In this document: one piece after another, positions 54,367 through 62,952 of the stretch
Numbering within the stretch: the first letter of the stretch is position 1
How the letters are laid out: the number at the start of each line of letters is the position of its first letter
DNA from: an uncultured bacterium
GTDB taxonomy: Bacteria; DUMJ01
Reading direction: 5' to 3'
Length of the DNA stretch: 64,000 nucleotides
Assembly (NCBI GenBank): GCA_937958695.1
Contig: CALGNK010000010.1
Span: forward strand, 1,264 to 65,263
Made by a program: the position numbers and the translations under genes
The notes under the pieces: model-generated
The model's input: only the letters and a program-made list of their open reading frames with translations
Database searches by the model: none
What the model was told of the DNA's origin: nothing

Positions 54367-54572
54367 ATGGATATAAATTGAATCAGAAATTTTGAGACAG
54401 GAATTCAGAATATAGATTATCAACACAGATCTTTTATGGATAAGCTTAATCAATTCTTTGAATCTTGTATCCAGAAGAGTTGTAAAGATGAGCTAAGGAT
54501 AAGTTTGAGAATGAAAATGCAACTTTGGAGTTTTTAAATGACACTGAAAAGTTTTTGACAAATTGCTTTTAA
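54367..54572 (+). pseudogene. degraded N-terminal remnant of a bacteriohemerythrin gene
   Basis: Translation from ATG 54367 gives MDIN*IRNFETGIQNIDYQHRSFMDKLNQFFES... This aligns with the intact hemerythrin at 55869 (MPLVWNDSLLTGINIIDNQHKELFKRINELLDS). TGA at 54379-81 sits where the conserved Trp (TGG) should be. A shift to another frame near 54495 continues as ..ATLEFLNDTEKFLTNCF* (compare ELTGFLQNYIINHF). Only about half the normal length remains. Confidence 0.55.
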
Positions 54573-54599
54573 AATATAAAGAAGGTTAGGTGAATTAAA

Positions 54600-55865
54600 G
54601 TGATAGAAAAAATGTCTATAGACCTAATAAAGATAGTTAAAGGGATTTCTGAATGTGTGGATTTGGTAAATTCTATCTTTTCTAAGCACCATAGTATGGT
54701 AGCTTGTATTGCTCTAAATATAGCTGAAGAAATGAATTTATCTTTGGGGGAGAAAAGAGATATTTTAATAGCTAGCCTTCTGCATGATGTAAGTGCGATG
54801 TCTATCAAGGAAAGACTCAAATATTTAAAGTTTGAAGCTGATTTTGAAGTTGTAGATACGTATGGACATGCAGAAATTGGGTATCGCCTTTTTAGAGATT
54901 TTGAGCCATTTCTAAATCCAGCCCTATTTATAAAATATCATCATACATATTATAAAGATATAGAAAAAGATAAGATTCCTATTGGAGCCCATATCCTTCA
55001 TCTAGCTGATAGAGTAGCTATATCTGTAAGAAGAGATGACAACATATTATCTCAAAGTCAGGATATAAGGAAGAAAGTATATGCGCAAAAAAATATAATG
55101 TTTAATCCAGATGTTGTAGAAGCTTTTTTAGATGCATCTAAAAAAGATAGTTTCTGGTTTGATACGGTATATATGCCATTAGATGCACTTATAGAGGAGA
55201 ATAGTTTAGATAAAGGAATAGATATGAATTTGGAAAAGTTATATTCGTTAGCCCTTATATTCCATATAATTATAGACTTTAGAAGTAGATTTACCGCCTT
55301 CCACTCTTGTGGAGTAGCTGGGGTTGCGGTAGAACTTGCAAAAGACCTCGGTTTTTTAGAAGAAAAGATAAAACTTATTGAAATATCAGGATATCTCCAT
55401 GACCTTGGTAAGATAGCTATACCAGTAGAGATCTTAGAAAAACCCGACAAATTGACAGAGGAAGAATTTAATTTAGTTAAGAGTCATGCGTATTATACTT
55501 ATAGGGTCTTAGAAAATATAAAAGGATTAGAGACGATAAAAATTTGGGCTTCTTTTCACCATGAGAAACTTGATGGAAGTGGGTACCCCTTTGGCTTAAA
55601 AGAGGAAGATCTCTCTCTAGGATCCAGAATTATGGCAATATCAGATATATTTACTGCATTAACTGAAGATAGACCGTATAGGAGAGGGTTAAGCATATAT
55701 GATGCTCTTGAGTACATCAAAACTCTTGTAGGAGATAAAAAACTAGATAAAGATGTCTTCTCCTCCTTGGAGAGGAATATAGATCTAATAGTAGAGAAGT
55801 TATATTATATAAAGAAAAGTGGAATAGAAAGATTTAATAACTTTTATTCTGATACGGAGGTGTAA
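54600..55865 (+). CDS. tandem HD-domain protein: degenerate N-terminal HD domain + canonical C-terminal HD-GYP c-di-GMP phosphodiesterase domain
   Basis: N-half: H..(LLHDVS)..HAEIGY..KYHH..HLADRV without GYP. C-half: FHSCGVA..GYLHDLGKIAIP..SHAYYT..FHHEKLDGSGYPFGL..ISDIFTALTEDRPYR. Confidence 0.85.
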   Translation: MIEKMSIDLIKIVKGISECVDLVNSIFSKHHSMVACIALNIAEEMNLSLGEKRDILIASLLHDVSAMSIKERLKYLKFEADFEVVDTYGHAEIGYRLFRDFEPFLNPALFIKYHHTYYKDIEKDKIPIGAHILHLADRVAISVRRDDNILSQSQDIRKKVYAQKNIMFNPDVVEAFLDASKKDSFWFDTVYMPLDALIEENSLDKGIDMNLEKLYSLALIFHIIIDFRSRFTAFHSCGVAGVAVELAKDLGFLEEKIKLIEISGYLHDLGKIAIPVEILEKPDKLTEEEFNLVKSHAYYTYRVLENIKGLETIKIWASFHHEKLDGSGYPFGLKEEDLSLGSRIMAISDIFTALTEDRPYRRGLSIYDALEYIKTLVGDKKLDKDVFSSLERNIDLIVEKLYYIKKSGIERFNNFYSDTEV

Positions 55866-55868
55866 TTT

Positions 55869-56267
55869 ATGCCATTAGTATGGAACGATTCATTATTAAC
55901 AGGGATAAATATTATTGATAATCAGCATAAGGAACTTTTCAAAAGGATAAATGAGCTTTTAGATTCTGCAGGGCAAAGTAAAGAAAGGGTAAAAGAACTT
56001 ACTGGTTTTTTGCAGAATTATATAATTAATCATTTTGGGACAGAAGAAAGGCTTATGGCAAAAACCAACTATCCTGAATATTTAGCCCATAAAGATTCTC
56101 ATGATAAATATTCTCAAGAATTTAAAGGATTAAAGGACAGCATAGATAGAGAAGGTGTAAATATTAGTCTTACTGTTAAGATGAACAATTTATTGATAGA
56201 CTGGTGGATAAATCATATAAATAAAGTGGATAAAAAGATGGCTGAGTTTATAAGAGATAAAATATAA
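55869..56267 (+). CDS. bacteriohemerythrin (hemerythrin-like di-iron protein)
   Basis: 132 aa with motifs W.D.LLTGI..ID.QHK.LF, NHFGTEE, HKDSH and WWINHI..VD (H-HxxxE-HxxxH-HxxxxD ligand pattern). It starts 3 nt after the HD-GYP stop. Confidence 0.9.
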   Translation: MPLVWNDSLLTGINIIDNQHKELFKRINELLDSAGQSKERVKELTGFLQNYIINHFGTEERLMAKTNYPEYLAHKDSHDKYSQEFKGLKDSIDREGVNISLTVKMNNLLIDWWINHINKVDKKMAEFIRDKI

Positions 56268-56418
56268 AGCGAGAGTAAGTTTGATAGGTAAAGTCAAAAA
56301 TTATTCATTTACGTTAAGAATAGTTTAGGGCTATACTTTTAATTAGGAGATAGTAGAAAATTTGCATGAATCTCCTAATGTAACTTGCGTCTACTCCTTA
56401 GGCCTGAAAATTAAGATA

Positions 56419-56441
56419 ACCCGCTAGCCATGCGGGTTTTT
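56419..56441. terminator. stem-loop ACCCGC-TAGCCAT-GCGGGT + TTTT, between convergent transcription units
   Basis: A 6-bp GC stem at 56419-56437 with a T-run on the plus strand. It could also serve the minus-strand flagellar operon, which ends at 56478. Confidence 0.5.
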
Positions 56442-56477
56442 AAATTTTAGGGTGTCAAACTTGCGTTAAGAGCCTTT

Positions 56478-56792
56478 CTATATCTCTTCGTTCACCAAGT
56501 TATCCTTTAATTTATGAGAAGACATATAATAGCTAGAGTATATGTTAGAATAAGCCTTTATATCACCCAGTCTTCTCTTAAGGTCTAGCTCTATCTTTCT
56601 AAGATGGAGCATAATCTTATCGTTGTTTTCTCTTATCTCATAGGCTTCTTCAAGTCCTAGTTTTACCTCTGGGATTAAACCTAACAATTCCTCTCTCTCT
56701 AGGATAAGTCTTGATATCTCCAGAGGATCAAGAAGGGATAGGATCCTTGTATCAAGATCTATTATCTTATCCATTAATTCTTTCTTGTTCAT
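56478..56792 (-). CDS. hypothetical 104-aa helical protein in the FliT position (putative flagellar export chaperone)
   Basis: Position directly after fliS, as in the Bacillus flaG-fliD-fliS-fliT arrangement. Small, helical and acidic. No sequence motif proof. Confidence 0.4.
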   Translation of the reverse strand: MNKKELMDKIIDLDTRILSLLDPLEISRLILEREELLGLIPEVKLGLEEAYEIRENNDKIMLHLRKIELDLKRRLGDIKAYSNIYSSYYMSSHKLKDNLVNEEI

Positions 56793-57159
56793 ACTCCCTT
56801 ATTGCCTCCCATGCTTCTAATAGTCCTGCCAATATGTGTCTTACCCTAATTAATCCGTCTTTATCTTTACCTGTGTTACTTCTTGTTAATGTGTATAGAG
56901 AAAAGTCATATATATCTGCTAGGTTTTTTGCTATATCACCGCCATTTTCCATATCCAGAACACTTAGTAGATATTCAATTATCTTACAGGATTTCTTTAT
57001 ATCTTCACTAAATTCAACGAAATTTTCAGAATCGAACTCTTTTATCGCTTTATCTATTAGCTCTATACTCTTTTTGTAGAGTAGTATTACCCTCTCTAGA
57101 GGGCTACAGGTTAATATGCTTGCAGTTCTATACTGTTCGTAAGGGCTTGCTATAGCCAT
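56767..57159 (-). CDS. fliS: flagellar export chaperone FliS
   Basis: N-terminal motif YEQYRTASILTCSPLERVILLYKKSIELIDKA, four-helix size (130 aa), downstream of fliD. Confidence 0.9.
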   Translation of the reverse strand: MAIASPYEQYRTASILTCSPLERVILLYKKSIELIDKAIKEFDSENFVEFSEDIKKSCKIIEYLLSVLDMENGGDIAKNLADIYDFSLYTLTRSNTGKDKDGLIRVRHILAGLLEAWEAIREYEQERING

Positions 57160-59222
57160 TATTTCCCTCCTTGTTTTTGTAATCCTGTTATATAAGTGGA
57201 TAAATAACTACTCTGAGACTGTAGACTTGCAATAGCACTCTCAAGGGCAGTAAATTTTCTTATAAGGCTCTCCTCGTAAAGAGATAACCTTGCATTTGTA
57301 TCACTTATGAGTTCACTAAGTGCTTTATACTCACTGGTAAGGTTATTTATCGTATATGGAATAACTCCAGTAACCTCTTCAGTGTACCTTTTCAATACGT
57401 TATTCAGCCTTACCGCTATCCCAGCCATACTATCTGTTGTTGATCTATATCCGTAAGACACCCTTAGACTAGTAGTTGGAGCTTGTCCTAGTATAAGTGT
57501 CCCAGTATTATAATCTATCTTGAACTGCCCAGCCCCGGGGTTTGTATTACCAAAAACTTGCGTAAGTAAAACCCCATCTGCATAGACCATAGGTCTTACA
57601 TCGTAAGATATTGGAGCATACTTCAGCTTGAATGTGGTATTTGATCCATCTATGCTTCCATCTGGGGTCTCATCTTGAATAAATGTATATGACTTAGAGA
57701 ATATTTCTGCCACTAATTCCGGAGATTCAGTTAATGCCTCATTTAGAGCTTCATAGTCTATAGTAAGCTTACCAGCTATTATATCTTCTATAGAAACATA
57801 ACCCACTCTTCCAGTAGAGATACCTATATCTGCTAGAGATCTTATAGTTGAAGATATTGGTGTATTTTGAGCTTTGTGAACTACTCCTGAAACTATGCTT
57901 CTAAGCTGTTCCTCTATCTCCCTTAATGTAGAATCATTCCTTAACAGTCCTACCTTCAACTTTTCATTGTGCTGTTGAATCTCAAAATACGTCATATTTG
58001 CTTTCTCATTTTCAGTTAAGAAGTCTATCCCTTCTTCTCTCTCTTCTGTTAGCTTGGTTCTTATATATGTTATCGTCTCGTTGTAAACATTAACAAACCT
58101 TTCTATATTTGATACCGCCTTAGAGGTATCATAATTTATTGTAACTATAGATGTACCAGTAGAGTTGATATTTAGAGTAACCCCATCAAAGAGATCTGTA
58201 ACCTTATTTGATTGCCTTACAACTGTTCCTGATATGCCAGATATAGAAAATTTAAGGTCGGTAGCGAGCTGAGTCTTTACTCCAGTACCGTTTGGGTATT
58301 TTACAGTACTATCTTCATTTAAAACACCTAGTGTAATTAATGCATCGTTATTTCCAGAGAAGTCTATGGTATCTATACTTCCTATTAGAGATGTTATGGC
58401 AAGCCTATAACCTGAACCTGTATCTACTATACTTGCCTTTACCTTAGAACTTATATCGATATCACTATTTATTGCATCTACTATGTCTTCTAAGGATGCT
58501 GATGTCCCTATATTTATCGTCTTTCCATTTATTGTTATATTGCCAGTAGTAAACGTTATAGGATCAGTTGTTGATATAAATGTATCACTCTGGGCTTGGC
58601 CAACTATTCCAAGAGAGATTAATATATCATTATTCTCAGCACTAAATGTAATGGAGTTAGTCGTCCCCGTCTGCTTGGCTGTCAATACAAGTTTATATTC
58701 ATTTGAGGATAGACTTATAACACTTGCTGAAACATACTGCCCTATATCTGCATCCTGATTTATAGCCTGAGCTATATCTAATAGAGAAGCTTGATTTCCT
58801 ACCGATATGGTCTTCCCACTTATTGTTATATATCCTTGGGAGAATGTGAGTTTTTCAGACCTACTTGCATAGCTATTACCTGTAACTGTATGGGCTCTGG
58901 CTATATCTAAGACTTCGAATATATAAGTCCCTAAGGGAGCTGAACCAGTAGTAGATATTGAAAGGACAGATTCATTTGAAGAGACACCCTTCTTAGTAAC
59001 AATCCCTTCTTTATCTGTAAGAATAGATATGGCATCTTGAAGGGTCTTGAGCTTCTCCTTTACTGTGTTCAAAGCTTCCTGTTTCCACTTTATCTCTAGC
59101 TGTTGATTCTCATATCTAGTAACAGGTGCCTTAGCTGATAACATCAAAGCCTTTATAACGTTACCTGTATCTACACCTGAGGCAAGTCCCCAGATATTAA
59201 ATATACTAGCCATATATATCAC
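57159..59222 (-). CDS. fliD: flagellar filament capping protein FliD (enlarged, 687 aa)
   Basis: FliD_N (GLASGVDTGNVIKALMLSAKAPV..YENQ) and FliD_C (LADIGIST..G.LTIDYEALNEAL...VAEIF; C-terminal coiled coil RKFTALESAIASLQSQ). Confidence 0.92.
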   Translation of the reverse strand: MIYMASIFNIWGLASGVDTGNVIKALMLSAKAPVTRYENQQLEIKWKQEALNTVKEKLKTLQDAISILTDKEGIVTKKGVSSNESVLSISTTGSAPLGTYIFEVLDIARAHTVTGNSYASRSEKLTFSQGYITISGKTISVGNQASLLDIAQAINQDADIGQYVSASVISLSSNEYKLVLTAKQTGTTNSITFSAENNDILISLGIVGQAQSDTFISTTDPITFTTGNITINGKTINIGTSASLEDIVDAINSDIDISSKVKASIVDTGSGYRLAITSLIGSIDTIDFSGNNDALITLGVLNEDSTVKYPNGTGVKTQLATDLKFSISGISGTVVRQSNKVTDLFDGVTLNINSTGTSIVTINYDTSKAVSNIERFVNVYNETITYIRTKLTEEREEGIDFLTENEKANMTYFEIQQHNEKLKVGLLRNDSTLREIEEQLRSIVSGVVHKAQNTPISSTIRSLADIGISTGRVGYVSIEDIIAGKLTIDYEALNEALTESPELVAEIFSKSYTFIQDETPDGSIDGSNTTFKLKYAPISYDVRPMVYADGVLLTQVFGNTNPGAGQFKIDYNTGTLILGQAPTTSLRVSYGYRSTTDSMAGIAVRLNNVLKRYTEEVTGVIPYTINNLTSEYKALSELISDTNARLSLYEESLIRKFTALESAIASLQSQSSYLSTYITGLQKQGGK

Positions 59223-59519
59223 CTACACCCTTTCATCTATAATAAGACCGGACATCTTGAGGAACTCCGAGATCATATTTAAGATCTTCTCTGGGGGAAA
59301 CTCCCTTATGACTTCGCCTGTCTGTGAATTTATAATCTGGACAACTATCTCATTGGTGGGTTTATGGATCTTAAACCTAAAGTGCATATCTATAAGCTCA
59401 AAGTCTTTCTTCTCTTCATTCTTTTCTGTATTTATCTCCAAAGGCTTTACCTTTGGTTTTGGATTTATAACTAATGCCTTTAAATTTTCTTTTACGCTCT
59501 CTATAGGCTTACTCTCCAT
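59223..59519 (-). CDS. flaG: flagellar protein FlaG
   Basis: C-terminal motif VVQIINSQTGEVIREFPPEKILNM, 98 aa, upstream of fliD. Confidence 0.85.
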   Translation of the reverse strand: MESKPIESVKENLKALVINPKPKVKPLEINTEKNEEKKDFELIDMHFRFKIHKPTNEIVVQIINSQTGEVIREFPPEKILNMISEFLKMSGLIIDERV

Positions 59520-59551
59520 TCCTAACCTCCAAAATACTTCTCTAATTTTTT

Positions 59552-59578
59552 ATATCGGTAGTAGATACTAGAACTTTA
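59552..59578 (-). promoter_or_regulatory. sigma28 (FliA/SigD)-type promoter TAAA-15 nt-ACCGATAT
   Basis: On the minus strand, the reverse complement of 59575-59578 is TAAA and of 59552-59559 is ACCGATAT, with an exact 15-nt spacer. This matches TAAA-N15-GCCGATAA/T and lies about 33 nt upstream of the flaG ATG. Confidence 0.65.
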
Positions 59579-59610
59579 TATTTATAATTTAAGAAGAGTT
59601 ATAATTAAAT

Positions 59611-60507
59611 ATGATGATAGAGATTGGAGTCCTAAGAGAGAGAAGAAATATAGCTTATTCTTATCTAGATTCCTGTAGGCTATGTCCTAGGGAATGTGGG
59701 GTAAATAGACTCAAAGGGGAGAAAGGATTCTGTGGTGTAGATGCAAGGCTTTGGGTCTCTAGTTATGGTCCACATTATGGAGAGGAGCCTCCATTAAGTG
59801 GAAATAACGGTTCTGGAACTATATTTTTTACCTATTGTAACCTCAAGTGTGTATACTGTCAGAATTATACTATAAGTCAGCTTGGTGATGGTGATACAGT
59901 TTCCGAAGAAGATCTCGCTAATATGATGCTATATCTACAGAGATTGGGCTGTCATAATATAAATCTAGTTACTCCAACACACTTTCTTCCCCAGATACTA
60001 TCAGCCCTCACTATAGCATTAGAAAGAGGATTTAATCTTCCAGTAGTTTATAACACCAGTGGCTATGAGAGGGTTGAGATTCTTAAACTTCTCGATGGTA
60101 TTGTAGATATATACCTTCCCGATATGAGATACAGCTCAGACGAGTATGCTGTAAGGTATTCTAGTGCCCCAAGATATCCTGAAGTTAATAGGCTTGCGGT
60201 AAAGGAGATGTATAGACAGGTTGGAAATCTGATCTTAGATGAAAGAGGCATAGCAAAGAGGGGCATCATTATAAGACATCTAGTAATGCCAGAAGATATT
60301 AGTGGTACAGAAGATGTCCTTAAATTTATAGCTGAAGAGATATCAAAAGATACCTATATAAGCCTTATGGCACAGTATAGACCTGAGTATAAGGCAAGAA
60401 ATATCTATCCATTAAATAGGAGAATAACTAGAGAAGAGTATAAGAGGGCTTTAGAGATAGCCAAAAATCTGGGACTTAGAAATGTATGGACTCAGATGGT
60501 TCTGTAA
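59611..60507 (+). CDS. radical SAM protein, PflX-like (COG1313-type activase-like)
   Basis: N-terminal Cys cluster CRLCPRECGVNR..GFCG and radical SAM motif CNLKCVYCQN. Confidence 0.75.
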   Translation: MMIEIGVLRERRNIAYSYLDSCRLCPRECGVNRLKGEKGFCGVDARLWVSSYGPHYGEEPPLSGNNGSGTIFFTYCNLKCVYCQNYTISQLGDGDTVSEEDLANMMLYLQRLGCHNINLVTPTHFLPQILSALTIALERGFNLPVVYNTSGYERVEILKLLDGIVDIYLPDMRYSSDEYAVRYSSAPRYPEVNRLAVKEMYRQVGNLILDERGIAKRGIIIRHLVMPEDISGTEDVLKFIAEEISKDTYISLMAQYRPEYKARNIYPLNRRITREEYKRALEIAKNLGLRNVWTQMVL

Positions 60508-62524
60508 AGATAACTACACGATTTCTTCCCGAAGATTTTGCCTGATAAAGTGCCTGGTCAGCTTTTCTTAACAGATCTATTGCTTCTTCTCCGTCGGTAG
60601 GAAAACATGAGATCCCAAAGCTTATAGTGATCCTTTCTAGAACACCTATCTCTTTAAAAGAAGTTTCTTCTACTTCTATTCTTATCCTTTCAGCAATCTT
60701 ATATGCGTCATACTTACTTACATTATGTAGGAGTATAACAAACTCCTCGCCACCATACCTAGCAACAACGTCTTCTTCCCTTACATTAGCCTTGAGTATA
60801 ATTCCTAACATCTTAAGAACCTCATCTCCTACCTTATGTCCATAGGTGTCATTAATTCTTTTAAAGTGGTCTATATCAGCCATAACAATCGATAGGTAAT
60901 TTTTAAATGCCTTAACTCTTATCAACTCATTTGCCAATTTTTCCTCTAAGAATCTTCTGTTGAATAGACCTGTTAGTGAGTCTGTTATCGCTAATTTCTC
61001 TGCCTCTTCTTTAGCCCTTTCTGTTTCAAACAATTTCATATCTAAACTTGCTAAGGCAATCTCTAACTGTTGACTTCTCCTATTAAGTTCTTCGTTTAAA
61101 GTTTTTATCTCTTCTAAAGCATCTTCTAGCTCCTTTTCCTTCTTTTCTATCTCTGTAAGGTCAGAAAATACTATCAGGTATTCTAATGCCTCTTCATTTA
61201 CCCTTAATACCTTTATAGAAGAAAGGGTAGGTATCAATCTTTTGTCTTTGGCAATTATACTTATTCTCCCTTTACACTCCTCATTCTTTATACATTCTTC
61301 TAGTTTATTTTTTATTGATTCTCTTTCATTAGGATCAAAAATTTCTAATAGTTCTATTCCTCTAATCTCTTTTTCAGAGTATCCTGTCATCTCTAAGAAT
61401 CTTTTATTTGCAAATTTGACCCTCTTACTATTATCTAACACAATAACCCCCTCGCCCATCTCTAGAAGAAGTGTCTCTAGATATGTCTGTTCTTCTTTTA
61501 GCCTTTTTTCTCGCTCTTTTATAGTATTACGCATCTCTTGAAATGCATTAAGTATGTCGCCTATTTCTTTATAATTAGATATAGAAAGATTCTTAGGAGG
61601 GTCTCCTAAGACATATTCCATTGCTGTTTTTCTTAGTAAGTTAATAGAAGTTGTTAATCTCCTTAGAGGGATGATTATCACCAAGAATAATGTTAATAAA
61701 AGAATAGCAGAAAGAATCGTTATGTTTCTCAGGCTTCTATAAGAGTGATAAAGTATATCTTCCTTTTCTACAGTAGCTAAAATCCTCCAATTTGTTCCAG
61801 GAATTATACTTGTTCCTACTACATAATCTTTACCATTAATCTTCTCAATACGAATACTCCTGTAACTGTAATCTATCGGGAATTTATTCCATATCTTCCC
61901 TATCTCGGTAGGATCTTCACTAAAAAGTATTATCCCTTTACCATCTAATATCTTTATAACTCCACTGCGATGGAATCTAATAGAAGAAAGAAGATAATTA
62001 ACCCTTTTTTCTCCAATTAGTATCCCTCCTAATACTAGTCCATTGAAAGAGTTATTCTTTACTATAGGCACTGTTAGTGCAACCCCATAATTACCAACTA
62101 TATTTTTAAAGCTATCACTTATATAAGGTCTTAGGGTTTCTTTTGTCCTAATGAAGTATTCCCTGTAACTTATGTTTGTTTGCTTTATCTTTTCAGATTT
62201 TGACCAGTATTTAATTATATTACCCTCTTTATCAGCATAAAGTATGGCGTCAAAATCTTCGAGTAGACTATTAATCAGAGCTGTATGCACACCTTTTTGA
62301 AGTAACTCTTCTTTTAATATTGCTAATAGCTTTAATTTTTCATCTAGCGTATTTTCTATTCCTTGAGAAATTAGATCAATAATAGTTTCCATATGTTCAT
62401 AAGACTGAAGCAACGCATGTTTCTTGCTTTGAGAAAATGATAAGTAAACAACTAGAGATCCAATGATAGAAATACCAACAACTATTATAACTATGGTAAG
62501 TCTTATAAGAGAGACCTTTTTCAC
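60476..62524 (-). CDS. sensor diguanylate cyclase: TM-dCache-like periplasmic domain-TM-HAMP-PAS-coiled coil-GGDEF (GGEEF)
   Basis: N-terminal TM, a ~250-aa extracytoplasmic domain, a second TM, HAMP-like region ([11 protein letters not shown]..), PAS ([28 protein letters not shown]), then GGDEF with [12 protein letters not shown] and RYGGEEF. No RxxD I-site noted immediately upstream (not rigorously checked). Confidence 0.88.
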   Translation of the reverse strand: MKKVSLIRLTIVIIVVGISIIGSLVVYLSFSQSKKHALLQSYEHMETIIDLISQGIENTLDEKLKLLAILKEELLQKGVHTALINSLLEDFDAILYADKEGNIIKYWSKSEKIKQTNISYREYFIRTKETLRPYISDSFKNIVGNYGVALTVPIVKNNSFNGLVLGGILIGEKRVNYLLSSIRFHRSGVIKILDGKGIILFSEDPTEIGKIWNKFPIDYSYRSIRIEKINGKDYVVGTSIIPGTNWRILATVEKEDILYHSYRSLRNITILSAILLLTLFLVIIIPLRRLTTSINLLRKTAMEYVLGDPPKNLSISNYKEIGDILNAFQEMRNTIKEREKRLKEEQTYLETLLLEMGEGVIVLDNSKRVKFANKRFLEMTGYSEKEIRGIELLEIFDPNERESIKNKLEECIKNEECKGRISIIAKDKRLIPTLSSIKVLRVNEEALEYLIVFSDLTEIEKKEKELEDALEEIKTLNEELNRRSQQLEIALASLDMKLFETERAKEEAEKLAITDSLTGLFNRRFLEEKLANELIRVKAFKNYLSIVMADIDHFKRINDTYGHKVGDEVLKMLGIILKANVREEDVVARYGGEEFVILLHNVSKYDAYKIAERIRIEVEETSFKEIGVLERITISFGISCFPTDGEEAIDLLRKADQALYQAKSSGRNRVVIFTEPSESIHF

Positions 62525-62952
62525 GCCTTTGGAGTTAGCCTCCTATACGTGTCATTCATAAATGGTGAAGAGATGAGAAAATCTGCCGATGCAAGGTTAG
62601 TTGCTATTGGTATATTCCAAACCGTTGCTATCCTAAGGAGAGCCTTTATATCTGGATCATGTGGAAGTGGTTCTAACGGATCCCAGAAGAATACAAGGAC
62701 ATCTATCTTTCCTTCTGCAATCATCGCTCCAATCTGTTGGTCTCCGCCTAATGGACCACTTTTGACTTTAGTTATCTGAAAACCTAAGCCTTCTAAGAGC
62801 CTTCCCGTAGTAGCAGTAGCATAGAGTTCATGATGTATAAGTAAATCCCTATTATTCTTAGCCCAGTTTAATAGCTCATCCTTTTTATTATCGTGCGCTA
62901 TTAAGGCTATTCTCTTTCTCTTACTCATTTCAATGGCTGTATATTCCATCAT
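62521..62952 (-). CDS. mgsA: methylglyoxal synthase
   Basis: Motifs [31 protein letters not shown] and VFFWDPL. Start ATG overlaps the macro-domain stop (ATGA). Its own stop overlaps the DGC GTG start (GTGA). Confidence 0.9.
   Translation of the reverse strand: MMEYTAIEMSKRKRIALIAHDNKKDELLNWAKNNRDLLIHHELYATATTGRLLEGLGFQITKVKSGPLGGDQQIGAMIAEGKIDVLVFFWDPLEPLPHDPDIKALLRIATVWNIPIATNLASADFLISSPFMNDTYRRLTPKA

Noticed and set aside
54379-54381. In-frame TGA in the hemerythrin-like remnant read as selenocysteine or Trp recoding
   Set aside because: TGA is used as an ordinary stop by many genes in this window (e.g. 22340-42, 28391-93, 47085-87). The remnant also has a frameshift and truncation, so a pseudogene is the simpler reading.
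55058-55450. 130-aa minus-strand ORF inside the HD-GYP gene
   Set aside because: It is antisense to a CDS carrying the full HHExxDGxGYP signature, and has no SD and no motifs.
56711-57079. 122-aa plus-strand ORF overlapping fliS and the fliT-like gene
   Set aside because: It is antisense to fliS, which has the canonical N-terminal motif, and gives a Ser/Leu-rich low-complexity translation.
60627-61541. Plus-strand ORFs 60627-60845 and 61242-61541 inside the diguanylate cyclase gene
   Set aside because: These are antisense shadow ORFs with Ser/Leu/Ile-rich translations. The minus-strand frame carries PAS and GGEEF motifs throughout.
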